A stretch of 64,000 nucleotides of DNA from positions 7,621 through 71,620 of the IMG/VR virus record IMGVR_UViG_3300002460_000025, one strand, 5' to 3'. This DNA is from a virus. Below the pieces are notes generated by a model. The model had not been told where the DNA came from. It saw only the letters and a list, made by a program, of their open reading frames with translations, and searched no databases. The stretch's first letter is position 1. Each line of letters opens with the position of its first letter. Positions 29,263 through 38,914 of this stretch are shown one piece after another. The position numbers were made by a program, and so were the translations under genes.

Positions 29263-29556
29263 ATGACTGTTGGAGATGTCGGTGTGGTGATCCGGTTCAC
29301 CGCCTTGCGGGATGGACTCCCTGCGAACATCAGCGCCGTGGTCGCAAAAGCGTTTCACTTCACCCCACCGTCAGGACCAGCTTTTACACGACCGGCGGTG
29401 TTTACTACTGATGGGTCGGATGGGAAGCTGGAGTATACCATCACCACGGGAGACGTGACAGTGCCAGGACAATGGACAGTCAGAGCCCACCTCACCGACT
29501 TGGGCGGCTTTACGGGCTATTCGACGAAAATCCTCCTCAGCGTCGACGATGTCTAA
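29263..29556 (+). CDS. BppU N-terminal-like Ig-fold protein
   Basis: AAGGAG RBS; GD.G..I.F and TDGSDGKLEY...GD...PG.W. Confidence 0.65.
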   Translation: MTVGDVGVVIRFTALRDGLPANISAVVAKAFHFTPPSGPAFTRPAVFTTDGSDGKLEYTITTGDVTVPGQWTVRAHLTDLGGFTGYSTKILLSVDDV

Positions 29557-29582
29557 ACGCTACGAACGAATCGGGGTTCCCC

Positions 29583-29981
29583 ATGTCGGGTACGAAGGTC
29601 ATCGAACAGAAGCACGACTGGGATTGTGGAGTTGCCGCCATTGCCATGCTCCTCAATCTCCCCTACGGAGATGTCGCCAAAGTCGTTCGTGATACCATTG
29701 ATGACCCACGTCTCAAAAGCCGTGGGCTCATCCTCCGGCAGCTAGAGGATGTGATTCATGAATACCAACTGGAGACAAAGCGAGTCTACCGGAAGGAAGG
29801 CTATCTTGATGGGGCGACTGGGATTCTTGGTTTAAATGGTGGGACGTGTAGTCCTTCAGGACATTGGGTGGTCGTGAAGTCAGGAATGATCCTCGATCCG
29901 AGTGATGGGATGGCGTGGGATCCAGACGACTACATGACAGATGCCAAATGTCGTCCAGCGACCATGGTGGTGATCACCTAA
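29583..29981 (+). CDS. Stand-alone C39-like cysteine peptidase
   Basis: Q...WDCGVAAIAM, GHWVVV, ILDP. Confidence 0.8.
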   Translation: MSGTKVIEQKHDWDCGVAAIAMLLNLPYGDVAKVVRDTIDDPRLKSRGLILRQLEDVIHEYQLETKRVYRKEGYLDGATGILGLNGGTCSPSGHWVVVKSGMILDPSDGMAWDPDDYMTDAKCRPATMVVIT

Positions 29982-30322
29982 TGATCCTCACCATCCTCCT
30001 CACCCTCTTCCTGAGCCACTCCTCCGTCCCCACCATCGCCGTATCTCATTCATTTGGATTTGCTCCACTCCGCGTCACGGTTCGTGTTCGACTTCCAGAA
30101 CATGTGGATCGGGTGTGTATCCGATTCCAGGTCGATGGAAGTGAGTGGAGTTCCTGTTTCGCTGACGATCCTCGATTCCTCAGTTACCAACGTTCCTACA
30201 CCCTTGACGTGGGTGACTACACAGTCTTTGCCACGACAGAATCAGGTTCCACCACGAGAAAGTCTGAATCACTTACCATCATCGTTGAACAACCTGGAGG
30301 ACGCCCTCCAGTAGACGGGTAA
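29981..30322 (+). CDS. Secreted small beta-sandwich (PKD-like) protein
   Basis: Hydrophobic signal-like N-terminus; G.APL.V and GDYTV. Confidence 0.55.
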   Translation: MILTILLTLFLSHSSVPTIAVSHSFGFAPLRVTVRVRLPEHVDRVCIRFQVDGSEWSSCFADDPRFLSYQRSYTLDVGDYTVFATTESGSTTRKSESLTIIVEQPGGRPPVDG

Positions 30323-30326
30323 TTCC

Positions 30327-30920
30327 ATGAAGCTCCTCATTACTACTCTGGCTGCCCTCCTTCTCGCAGCCGTCGTCTTCGCTACAGACATTACTCCACG
30401 ATCAGTTGTGGCCCTTCGAACACCTGATGGGAGAACCTATTGTACGGGCTTTGTCATTGACAATGTGCGGAAGTATGTGGTCACGGCTGACCACTGTATC
30501 GACGCATTTCCACACCCGTTTATTAATGGACAGCAGTCGAATGAAATCTTCCACGACCCTGACCTTGATGTGGCTGTTCTCAATGCTCCAGGCGTGAACG
30601 CGGAGGCATTTGCTCCGGCTGACGCAACACCTTTCTATGGTTCAGACCTCACATCGGCGGGATATGCCAATGGTGGGGACCTCAAGATCATGCAGCACAA
30701 GGTGATGCTGAGAGCCCTGAGTGTGGAGGAGATTTCAGGACGATGGGTCGCCTACAGCACGGCTGTCATCATGGGAATGAGTGGTGGGCCTGTGCTCAAT
30801 GCTGAAGGCAAGGTCGTGGCGGTCGTACAACTGACTGATCAGGACAACAATTACTCCGTCAGTCGTATGATTGAGGATGTCTATCCAGTCACAGCAGAGT
30901 ACTGGGAAATCAAGCAGTAA
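30327..30920 (+). CDS. Secreted trypsin-like serine protease
   Basis: Signal peptide; CTGF, TADHC, DVAVL, GMSGGP. Confidence 0.88.
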   Translation: MKLLITTLAALLLAAVVFATDITPRSVVALRTPDGRTYCTGFVIDNVRKYVVTADHCIDAFPHPFINGQQSNEIFHDPDLDVAVLNAPGVNAEAFAPADATPFYGSDLTSAGYANGGDLKIMQHKVMLRALSVEEISGRWVAYSTAVIMGMSGGPVLNAEGKVVAVVQLTDQDNNYSVSRMIEDVYPVTAEYWEIKQ

Positions 30921-30943
30921 CTCATCACTCGTCTAGAGACACG

Positions 30944-30981
30944 AAAGCCTCCTTGGGAGTAATCCCTTGGAGGCTTTTTTT
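30944..30981 (+). terminator. Intrinsic terminator between the converging arms
   Basis: AAAGCCTCC-TTGGGAGTAATCCCTT-GGAGGCTTT followed by a T run. Confidence 0.85.
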
Positions 30982-31079
30982 GTGTACCGTGTTACTGTGA
31001 CTGACGAGTCTCCCAGGCATGGCAATCTCGACAATCCCTATAGATCACGATTTTGGTTCGGCGGGACCACGGCCCCCAT

Positions 31080-31835
31080 CTATGACGATGTGGTTTCTTC
31101 CCAGAGCGCGAAGGTGCGGGGGAAGGTTTCTTCGATGATGTCAGCGACCGCTGTGGCATATTGTCGGATCTCCCATTGTGCGTGGTCAGCCGTCCTCAGG
31201 GTGAGGAAGGCGAGCCAGTTTCTGAGGTTCGCGCTTGCTCGCATTCGACTATATTGATTCACCGGCACGACGAGGCGAGCCAGTTCGCGTGCGACACCAT
31301 CCTTCAACAACATCTCATAGCAATCTCTCGCGTATGCCGTCGCTGCATAGATGGTATTCAGATGAGTCTGTGCATCCCACCTAGTGAATCCTTCAGTTGA
31401 ACCTTGCTTGTTTGTCGTGGCCTGTTTCCCGGACATCAACCTCTCTATCGACGGAACGTAGAACAGGTCAGGAAGTTCCGTGTACCGGCCACTCAACTCG
31501 TTGTAAGACTGTGTGCGATGTCTGTGCCACTCCCTGAACACGAAGATAGGTGCTTGGACTTCGATGGTCAGTCCTGCCATCTCAAAGGGGGTATGGTGCT
31601 GGTTCTTCCAGAGGTAACGAAGCAACTTCGTATCACCCTCCATCATGCCTGAACCCTTACACGTCTTGCAGGTGGGCATCTTGACAGGGATCTGATAACA
31701 CGTCTCGCAGGGTCGAGGTTCCCATCCCCGGAATCCTTGTGACGTGGACATACGAGCCGCCTCTATGATACGCTCATCAGATCCCCAATGCTCGATGTAC
31801 GTGACGTACCCATGATCTAGAACTTTCCGAGCCAT
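31080..31835 (-). CDS. thyX: Flavin-dependent thymidylate synthase with Cys4 insertion
   Basis: AARMS, HHTPFE, RHRTQSYNELSGRY, ELARLV, AQWEIR. Confidence 0.93.
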   Translation of the reverse strand: MARKVLDHGYVTYIEHWGSDERIIEAARMSTSQGFRGWEPRPCETCYQIPVKMPTCKTCKGSGMMEGDTKLLRYLWKNQHHTPFEMAGLTIEVQAPIFVFREWHRHRTQSYNELSGRYTELPDLFYVPSIERLMSGKQATTNKQGSTEGFTRWDAQTHLNTIYAATAYARDCYEMLLKDGVARELARLVVPVNQYSRMRASANLRNWLAFLTLRTADHAQWEIRQYATAVADIIEETFPRTFALWEETTSS

Positions 31836-32311
31836 CAGTCCAACTTCCTGAACCATTGAGTTTCCTCTTCTGTCCACTCGATCAACGATCGTGAATGGGA
31901 TGTCGTCAAGGCTGCGATCAATTCATCGACACTTATAAATACCCCATCAGCAAACTGATACATCACATCCCATCTGTCTGGGTTGTTGTCGAGGAGTATA
32001 TACCCTGGTCTTCTACGACCGATGACATATCCAAGTTCGAGGTGTCCGGATTTGCCAGCAGGAAGAAGTAGGACAGCAGCATCGGCTCGATCAAGGTGAG
32101 TTTTATCGAATTGGAATACGTTCTTTGCCGCATGTCCTCGCAGGCCCTCAATGTAGCTATGTCCTCTGTCCTGTTCGTATTCGCGCCAGCAGTCATCAGC
32201 TTCTGGACCAGCGGCGTACCAGTCATCGAAGACCTCGAAACCTGCGTTCCGGATCGTCTGAGCAATCGCAGGAACGTATGGATTTCTCAGTGATCCGATC
32301 AAGTAGATCAC
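31835..32311 (-). CDS. Nucleoside 2-deoxyribosyltransferase-like (NDT/MilB/Rcl fold) protein
   Basis: IYLIGSL, GFEV, D...L..AD, SGHLELGY. Confidence 0.7.
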   Translation of the reverse strand: MIYLIGSLRNPYVPAIAQTIRNAGFEVFDDWYAAGPEADDCWREYEQDRGHSYIEGLRGHAAKNVFQFDKTHLDRADAAVLLLPAGKSGHLELGYVIGRRRPGYILLDNNPDRWDVMYQFADGVFISVDELIAALTTSHSRSLIEWTEEETQWFRKLD

Positions 32312-32865
32312 AAACGCTTCCCACCATGCAGCATCGGTCTCGTCTCGTTATAGGCCATCTTCTCCTCAATCATCTTTTCACGGACGTATTCTGCTCCATT
32401 GACGTTGAACATGACCGCAGCGGCGTGATCCTCGTCCACATCCCCGTTCATCCATTGGGCGAAGTGGCGATCCGCCGATGCCTTGAAGCGAAAGAGTTCT
32501 TCTTCTCCAGCTGCGAGGGTCCAGTTGGGTGTCCCTGTCGTGATGTCAGGATACTTGGTTGCCCCTTTAGTCATATGGATCGCCCACCGCTTCAACATGG
32601 GGCCTATTCGCACCCTCCACCAGTCAATCTTCCCTTCCTGGGTGTCCCGCACCATTCCCCCACTGAATTCCTGCCGCTTGCCGGAATCCTTGATCACAAA
32701 CGCTGTATCTGCCTCTAGACTCATCCCAGGTCCCTCCAATACATGTTGAGCCAGTTGTCGTGTCTTGTAATTCCACTCGTGTACATCTATCACTGCCTGA
32801 CATGCCGCACAACGAGCGTCTGGGTTGTCTGGGAAAACTCGAACACAACATGGCGGTCTCTTCAT
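32308..32865 (-). CDS. DUF5664 dATP/dGTP diphosphohydrolase-domain protein (alternative start 32724)
   Basis: KDSG.R..F..GMVRD..EGK, GA.KY..NW, SA.RH, EDHAAAVMFN. Confidence 0.8.
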   Translation of the reverse strand: MKRPPCCVRVFPDNPDARCAACQAVIDVHEWNYKTRQLAQHVLEGPGMSLEADTAFVIKDSGKRQEFSGGMVRDTQEGKIDWWRVRIGPMLKRWAIHMTKGATKYPDITTGTPNWTLAAGEEELFRFKASADRHFAQWMNGDVDEDHAAAVMFNVNGAEYVREKMIEEKMAYNETRPMLHGGKRL

Positions 32866-32998
32866 CTGTTAGCCTTTCATCAAATACACACCCACCTGCA
32901 ACACGGCGGCTCCACCCCAGTAGAATAATTTCCCAGGGGAACGGTCCGTACACAGGTGGACAATGAAGATCGTGACATTCAGTGCCACCGCGACGAGT

Positions 32999-33349
32999 TC
33001 AATGTGTTCCAACAGGACCGTTGTCATCGTCTTCCTCGGCATTCACCACCTCTTCATTCTCCACCGCTCGCTGCCAGTCGAGGACCTCAAGGACCATCAT
33101 GAGGCGTTCCATGAGCACCGTGTCAATGGACGTGACGAACTCATCGTTGATATCATAGATCATCCAAGCTGCACGTTCCTGGTCAAATCTCATCTCCGTG
33201 GCTTCGATGTTGTAATTCCTCCGGAGGAACGACCTCAACCAGGATGAGGCGAGTTCGATCAACCCTGGATTGAGATGTTTCAGGGGATCAACCACAGCCT
33301 TTTTCGGACGTGGCATGGAGGCGTACTCGTCATGAGCCCCGTACGCCAT
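32999..33349 (-). CDS. Hypothetical protein
   Basis: Coupled ORF with an acidic tail. Confidence 0.55.
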   Translation of the reverse strand: MAYGAHDEYASMPRPKKAVVDPLKHLNPGLIELASSWLRSFLRRNYNIEATEMRFDQERAAWMIYDINDEFVTSIDTVLMERLMMVLEVLDWQRAVENEEVVNAEEDDDNGPVGTH

Positions 33350-33352
33350 GAC

Positions 33353-33772
33353 TTACTCCTCCTCCCTCACCACCACCCGACATGCCTCGATCGCATCCTC
33401 AATCGAATCAACCTTCCGCACGGTGTCGAGGAAGTGGAACACATTGGTCGGTCCCCCAACCATCACGACATCTTTCCCCATCGCGAGAGCCATTCCTGTT
33501 TCCACAGCCTTCCCTGATGTCTCAGTCCCTCGTGCTTGAAGATTCAATAATACGAGTATGTCAGCAGCCATGACATCTTCAATGTCATTGAGGGCCTCTC
33601 GTTGGAGCTTCACCGGGTCGAGTTGTAACCCATCACTCGATGTCCCCTCATGGAAATCAATCCACCGACTGACCACATCGAATCCCGCAGCCCTGAAGTC
33701 CTTCGACACTTCCTTCGCATAGGCTTTCTCCGCCCACGGGGCCGCGATGTAGATCTTGATCTGATCATTCAT
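33353..33772 (-). CDS. Second nucleoside 2-deoxyribosyltransferase-like protein
   Basis: KIYIAAPW, GFDVVSRW, DIEDV.AAD, G..VETGMALA.GK.V. Confidence 0.78.
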   Translation of the reverse strand: MNDQIKIYIAAPWAEKAYAKEVSKDFRAAGFDVVSRWIDFHEGTSSDGLQLDPVKLQREALNDIEDVMAADILVLLNLQARGTETSGKAVETGMALAMGKDVVMVGGPTNVFHFLDTVRKVDSIEDAIEACRVVVREEE

Positions 33773-36621
33773 TTCATCCTCCCCCATACAGGACCGGATT
33801 TCCCTTCCGTCCCAATAGACAACATCGCTCCCATGTTCCAGGACGCAGGAAGTGGAAGTTCAGGTACGGGCTTTTCCATTTCTTCCTTCAAGATATCATC
33901 GAGGGTATCGACATACGACTCTGGGCACTCAGAGAAGACCTCATCATGCACCTGTAACCTCAAATATTGTCCAGCATCCTCGAATCGATCATTATAGAGC
34001 CTCAAGAGAGCTTCCTTGATGATCCCTGCCGCATTCGATTGCGGTCTGAAGGCAAGCACGGCCTCTGCATCATCTCCAAGTACCCGTGTCCATGTCCCGA
34101 ATTCCTTCTTCCAACTGAACACGCGATTGAATCGATGCACATATCCGAAGGCATTCCTCAGATACCCATCATCAGCTGCCTGCATGCGAATCGTGTGATG
34201 CCACTTGGGAATCTCAGGAAACAACTCCCGGTAGATATCCATCACCCTCGCGATCAGCTTCGTCTCATGGAGGACCTGTGTTTCCTTGAGGATCTTCTCT
34301 TGAGCACCAGATGCACCTTGGCCGAAATTGATGGCATGGGTCAGATGCTTATACAATGAGTTCCGATCATGCTTCAGGAGTGCCTTGAAGTGTGCCAGAT
34401 GACTGAACAGCTTATCGTCATCCCATGATAACAATGGTAAGTCAGCAGATGAGACTCGTGGATCTTCCAGTCCGTAGAGCGCATACAAGGTATAGAACGT
34501 GTGAACATCCTGTTTCGCCAACCGGATATATCCAGGGCTCTTTGCCTCATACCCTGCCAGAACCGCCTCGATTCCGCCGAAATCGCGAGCGACAAACACA
34601 CATCCCGGACCCGCGACGATCAAATTCCGAATAATCGATTGAAGATCATCCTCTTTCCCTGGACGAGGGAGATTCTGGAGGTTCGGATTCTGGGAAGCGA
34701 GTCGAAGAGTCGACGGATTATGGGTAAAAATTGTATGGATACGTCCATCTCTCCCTACCGGCATGCCCCCACGAATGCGTCCGCCCTCCCCGGTCACACC
34801 AATGTAGGTTCCGAGGAGTTTCTGGATCTCCCGATGCTCCCCGATAATCCGATACAGAGGATCCTCCGGATACCGCTTCTGTAACATCGTCAACGCATTC
34901 GCATCGAAGGTGATCTTATGATCCTTCCTCGACAACACGGCTTGATGCTTGAGCACCTTCTGGTATGTCTGGAGGCTGGTATTGCTGATCTTGAATTCTA
35001 ATCTCTTGGTCCATAACGGGACCAGAATCTCTGCTGGCTGTTGTCCTGCTCCCAGACACGGGTTCTCCACGCCTCCAGCTTTGAGGGCTTTCTTGCCGAT
35101 GGACTTCGTGTGCGAAGCCAGTGGAGCCACAACACCACATCGATCACAGACACGAACAGGGACCATGGTGTCCTGGCGAAACAGTCCCAACTCCGTCGCA
35201 CGAGCCTCCAACGCATCACCATCAAGTCCCTTCAGTTCCTTGGGAACCCTCTTGTAGACCTTGACCTTCCTCGCATCATTCGGGACAACGGCAGCCATTC
35301 GTGTTTCCACGCCATCGAGGAGGGTAGAGAGTTTCGCTTCAGCCGCCGCCCTCGCAGGTTCATCCCTCAGGACACCTTTCCCTGACATGTAATTGAGCGC
35401 ATAATTGAGCGTGACGACATGCCTCTGGAACACGCCCCACAGGTTGTTCGCGATGAGATCCCGCTTGATGCCATAGAAGTTGGCGATTGTGTAGTTACTA
35501 TCAGCCGCGTTGTAATAGGCAGGTTGTGAATCGCTGAGATGCTTCCACATGGGTGCGTTCTGTGTGTAGAATGGGGTGACGAATCCCAATCCTTTCGGGA
35601 GGGATGTATTCAACACATGCCATGCGAGCATCCCGTCGACCATCGATCCACGCACGGGGATCTGGGCGGTGATGCGAGGATCATCATATATTGTGGAGTT
35701 CCACCCAACCTTCAGTCCGTCGACACTAAAGAGTTCCTCCAGTCCGGCCATGTATTCAGCCCGCCACGGGATTGAGATGGCCTCACCTGGACGATAAGCA
35801 AAGGAGCACCTCAAGATGGTGTAGTCATCATCCTCTTCCTTCGCAATCTCTTCCTCATTTTTTCCAGACTTGTAGGGGGTTTCGATGTCATAGGCGAGAG
35901 CGATTTCATCCTTGTCAGCTTCCCAGGCTCGAATGTAATCCTGAATCCAGACTGCAAATGTTGATGGGGAGGGATCACACAGATACGAGGGAGCATCATA
36001 GGTACACCCGTGCTCTGCGACCTCCAATGCCCGCCGTGTGGCGAACTGGAGAATCGGGAGCCTCGAACTCTTGCCCTGCATGAGGTGGGATGGGTGATCT
36101 GCCGCTACGACCCATGCCTGATACTTCTCATTCCTATGGATGTAGCATTGGTAGTCCTCCCGCATCACCGGGTGACGATCATCATACCCCATGATCCGTT
36201 TGAAGGCGGTCTTCCCTAATGCGAGGATCGTGAAGTGACGCTCACTCTGCCGACAGCGTTCAGCCATGTCAGCGATCGTCTCATCGAGGAGGGGAGCGCA
36301 GTGATCGATGGCGAGCCGCTCGTAGGGCATCTTGACGAGTTTATTTCCAGGCGGCTGACAACTTAGTACGTTGTGAATCCGAAATCCCTCCCGATCAATA
36401 TCCACCCGCTTGAGGTTGCTGAACAGATACTGTCCTGCCGCACCTACCACGGGGATCCCTGATGCCGCCTCATCCTTCCCTGCCGCTTCGAGGACGATGA
36501 GGACACCATTGTCCCCGGTGCCGTGAGCAGGAACATACCCCTGCATCGACCCAAATGGGGGGCAGCCGAGAATGCAGGTAGAGCAGGGGATTTCAGGCTT
36601 TGAAAGCACGTATGTCCTCAA
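33769..36621 (-). CDS. polA: Family A DNA polymerase fused to an N-terminal family-4 uracil-DNA glycosylase-like domain
   Basis: UDG part: EAAG..E...G.P.VGAAG, NVLSCQPPGN, LGKTA, HPS. Exonuclease: YDIET, YNAAD. Polymerase: RLAS.NPNLQNLP, DFGGIE, VHDE. Confidence 0.93.
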   Translation of the reverse strand: MRTYVLSKPEIPCSTCILGCPPFGSMQGYVPAHGTGDNGVLIVLEAAGKDEAASGIPVVGAAGQYLFSNLKRVDIDREGFRIHNVLSCQPPGNKLVKMPYERLAIDHCAPLLDETIADMAERCRQSERHFTILALGKTAFKRIMGYDDRHPVMREDYQCYIHRNEKYQAWVVAADHPSHLMQGKSSRLPILQFATRRALEVAEHGCTYDAPSYLCDPSPSTFAVWIQDYIRAWEADKDEIALAYDIETPYKSGKNEEEIAKEEDDDYTILRCSFAYRPGEAISIPWRAEYMAGLEELFSVDGLKVGWNSTIYDDPRITAQIPVRGSMVDGMLAWHVLNTSLPKGLGFVTPFYTQNAPMWKHLSDSQPAYYNAADSNYTIANFYGIKRDLIANNLWGVFQRHVVTLNYALNYMSGKGVLRDEPARAAAEAKLSTLLDGVETRMAAVVPNDARKVKVYKRVPKELKGLDGDALEARATELGLFRQDTMVPVRVCDRCGVVAPLASHTKSIGKKALKAGGVENPCLGAGQQPAEILVPLWTKRLEFKISNTSLQTYQKVLKHQAVLSRKDHKITFDANALTMLQKRYPEDPLYRIIGEHREIQKLLGTYIGVTGEGGRIRGGMPVGRDGRIHTIFTHNPSTLRLASQNPNLQNLPRPGKEDDLQSIIRNLIVAGPGCVFVARDFGGIEAVLAGYEAKSPGYIRLAKQDVHTFYTLYALYGLEDPRVSSADLPLLSWDDDKLFSHLAHFKALLKHDRNSLYKHLTHAINFGQGASGAQEKILKETQVLHETKLIARVMDIYRELFPEIPKWHHTIRMQAADDGYLRNAFGYVHRFNRVFSWKKEFGTWTRVLGDDAEAVLAFRPQSNAAGIIKEALLRLYNDRFEDAGQYLRLQVHDEVFSECPESYVDTLDDILKEEMEKPVPELPLPASWNMGAMLSIGTEGKSGPVWGRMK

Positions 36622-37443
36622 TGAGAGATTGAAGTTCTTGGTTGATCACCTTCCACCATCGTTGACTTCGAATCCTACCCCACGTCTTTGCTTTATGTTT
36701 ATCAGATAGACTGGACATTCTACGACTCAGTTCACGATCACGTTCAACAGCAGTCCTGATCGACTCCTCACTTATAATGATACGAGCGTATATGTTGCGT
36801 TGGGTCAACATCTTTCGCGAGCATGACATTTACAACGAGTGGTGAGGTAACACTTCTGGCACACATTCAACGGCCAGTTGTCGTCCTTCAGGAGGTCTAG
36901 TGCCTCCCGTATGTCCAGATAGACTTCGTGAAATTTCGTCAACCATAGATGCAAGTCTTCATCGATCACGAGGGTGTCTGGCAGCCGATATTCCTTCCCA
37001 TTTGCGATCCACACGATGGAGTGCCAGTCAGATTTCGTCAACATCATCATCAATAATAGAACACTTACATCTCTTAGGAATATCCCAACACCCTACACAT
37101 ACTCGTCTGGGCCAGAAGCGTGGACATGAACACGGAACACACAACTCACCTGCTACATCCCAAGCGTACTCATGCGGACAATGTGGGTGATGCGCGATAG
37201 TTGTTTTCATCGACTACCATGATTAACTAATATCTGTACTGCCATCTCCAAATCCTTGGCGGCGAACGGGCTTTCATCCCTATTTCTAAGGTATTCTGCA
37301 CATACTTTCACACAACGTCTGGCCTCAGCTACATCCATGGACGAAGGTGATATAGATTTCTCGTCCTCACACGCATGACATTTTCTATTTGGAGTCCCTC
37401 CATCATCGAGAATGCACGTATGTCTCACTGAGATTCTCCCCAC
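36593..37443 (-). other. Four small overlapping hypothetical ORFs (36593-36829, 36805-37053, 37028-37210, 37207-37443), several Cys-rich
   Basis: Head-to-tail overlapping ORFs on the operon strand. Confidence 0.45.
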
Positions 37444-38063
37444 CTATAGATGAGATAGTAACAATGTGCCCGGCGAAAATGATACTGGTTTTTCCATCTC
37501 GGATCTCTCATCCTCGGGGAGGGCGAGTGTTGAATCAGAATGTCTGTAGGCATCCCCATCCCCATCTCACGAGCCATTTCCATGACATTGAAGGACCACC
37601 AGTCAGGTTTGTTGACAATCAGGTCTTGTCCTTTGAGAATGAGCCCCTGAGTCGCGATCGTGCGTTGCTCGAAGATGCGGCGATAGTGGGAAAGGAGATC
37701 AATGGGATTCTTTGGCCTAACAAGCATCTGTATACTTGCATCATCTGACCATTCAAAAAACCGCTTAGTTCCCATTACTCTGCTGATTCCTGGAGAGAAT
37801 ATGAACATCGGATCAAAGCACATTACATCAAAAGTATCCTCTGTAAATGGAAGATTCCTGTAATCTGCTTTTAGAACACCTTCATTTTGTGGTGAAATAT
37901 CCACTCCTGTAACAGCAAGGTGGTGATCCCACTTCCAGAATCTGCCTGCCCCATAGGTCGTGTCGAGGACAGTCCTCGCGTCTGGGAAGTGGAGGGTAAA
38001 TATGTCCTTGACACATGCGGCTGTGTTGCCTTGGCGAATGGATTCGAGACCAAGGTAGGCCAT
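37425..38063 (-). CDS. SAM-dependent DNA amino-methyltransferase-like protein (DPMF motif IV)
   Basis: VLDTTYGAGRFW motif I, DYRNLPF, FDVMCFDPMF. Confidence 0.75.
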   Translation of the reverse strand: MAYLGLESIRQGNTAACVKDIFTLHFPDARTVLDTTYGAGRFWKWDHHLAVTGVDISPQNEGVLKADYRNLPFTEDTFDVMCFDPMFIFSPGISRVMGTKRFFEWSDDASIQMLVRPKNPIDLLSHYRRIFEQRTIATQGLILKGQDLIVNKPDWWSFNVMEMAREMGMGMPTDILIQHSPSPRMRDPRWKNQYHFRRAHCYYLIYRWGESQ

Positions 38064-38290
38064 CAGAAATACGTCACACTATGGAAACCTATAGGACATG
38101 CTGTTGTGCCGCCAGGGTGGGATGGATGCCCCCCACATACTGGACAGACTGTCTGCGAACTCCCTGTATTATTTGTTGGCACACTCTGTGTTGGACGTGA
38201 ACAAGTACATTGCTGCACGAATGGTGCCCACACTATTCCACATCGTGGACACTCCCACCCAGTCCATGCTGGACCGTTAACGAATTCCAT
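38063..38290 (-). CDS. Small zinc-finger protein
   Basis: GWECPRCG..WAP...CTC and CPVC..H..C. Confidence 0.55.
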   Translation of the reverse strand: MEFVNGPAWTGWECPRCGIVWAPFVQQCTCSRPTQSVPTNNTGSSQTVCPVCGGHPSHPGGTTACPIGFHSVTYF

Positions 38291-38852
38291 ACAATCTCTC
38301 AAAGACCGTGAACCATCTAGCTCGATTATTTCTCCCGGTCCCCACAGCAACAACTGCCACCTCCTGTCCATACTTTCCTGGATGCGGCCACACATAATCA
38401 ATGACCCCCACCCGATGTCCTTCAGGCACCGCGAGGAGAGACCGCTTGAGGAGATCATTGATAGCAGGAAGTGTCTCCGCTCCTGGCACATACTTCGCGG
38501 CATCCGCCTCCGTGTAGGGACGATCAATCAAAATCGCAGGCCACAGGCCGTGTAATGTATCATAAGGATTCTGGGGAAGTGGATCCCTCGCATCTTGGAG
38601 GAAATCAGGAACGCATGCGGGATCCAGATCAAGAGTGAAATCGAAGTTCCCCAATCCCCTGAATGGGTAATCTTTCACCTTTCCTGCACACACGTGCAAG
38701 ATCCCATCATCAGGGTTCACCCCAAGGAGGGCTCTCGCACGATGGAGGAATCCCGCAGGGAAGGCACCGTAAAATGGTACTTTACTCCTCGCGAGTATCC
38801 AGACATCTGTGATAGGTCTATAGGACATCACTTCAATCCAAACAGGAGACAC
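38277..38852 (-). CDS. Second methyltransferase-like protein (DRPY motif IV)
   Basis: YGAFP, ILHVCAG, DLDP...PD...DA..PLP, ILIDRPY. Confidence 0.7.
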   Translation of the reverse strand: MSPVWIEVMSYRPITDVWILARSKVPFYGAFPAGFLHRARALLGVNPDDGILHVCAGKVKDYPFRGLGNFDFTLDLDPACVPDFLQDARDPLPQNPYDTLHGLWPAILIDRPYTEADAAKYVPGAETLPAINDLLKRSLLAVPEGHRVGVIDYVWPHPGKYGQEVAVVAVGTGRNNRARWFTVFERLYGIR

Positions 38853-38914
38853 ACGAGAAACAAGATGAGTGCGAAGGCATACAATACGAAGCTCGTGTTC
38901 GACGTCCGATCCAC

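Noticed and set aside
31027-31060. Fifth copy of the promoter family (TCGACAATCCC...)
   Set aside because: The -35 is imperfect and there is no matching -10 at 17-18 bp.
32308-36621. Z-genome (2-aminoadenine) system
   Set aside because: DUF5664 and PolA are present but no PurZ-like or HD-domain DatZ gene is seen in the window.
500-36621. Inteins or introns in TerL, portal, ThyX or PolA
   Set aside because: Insertions are only tens of residues, lack intein splice motifs and homing endonuclease signatures, and frames are uninterrupted.
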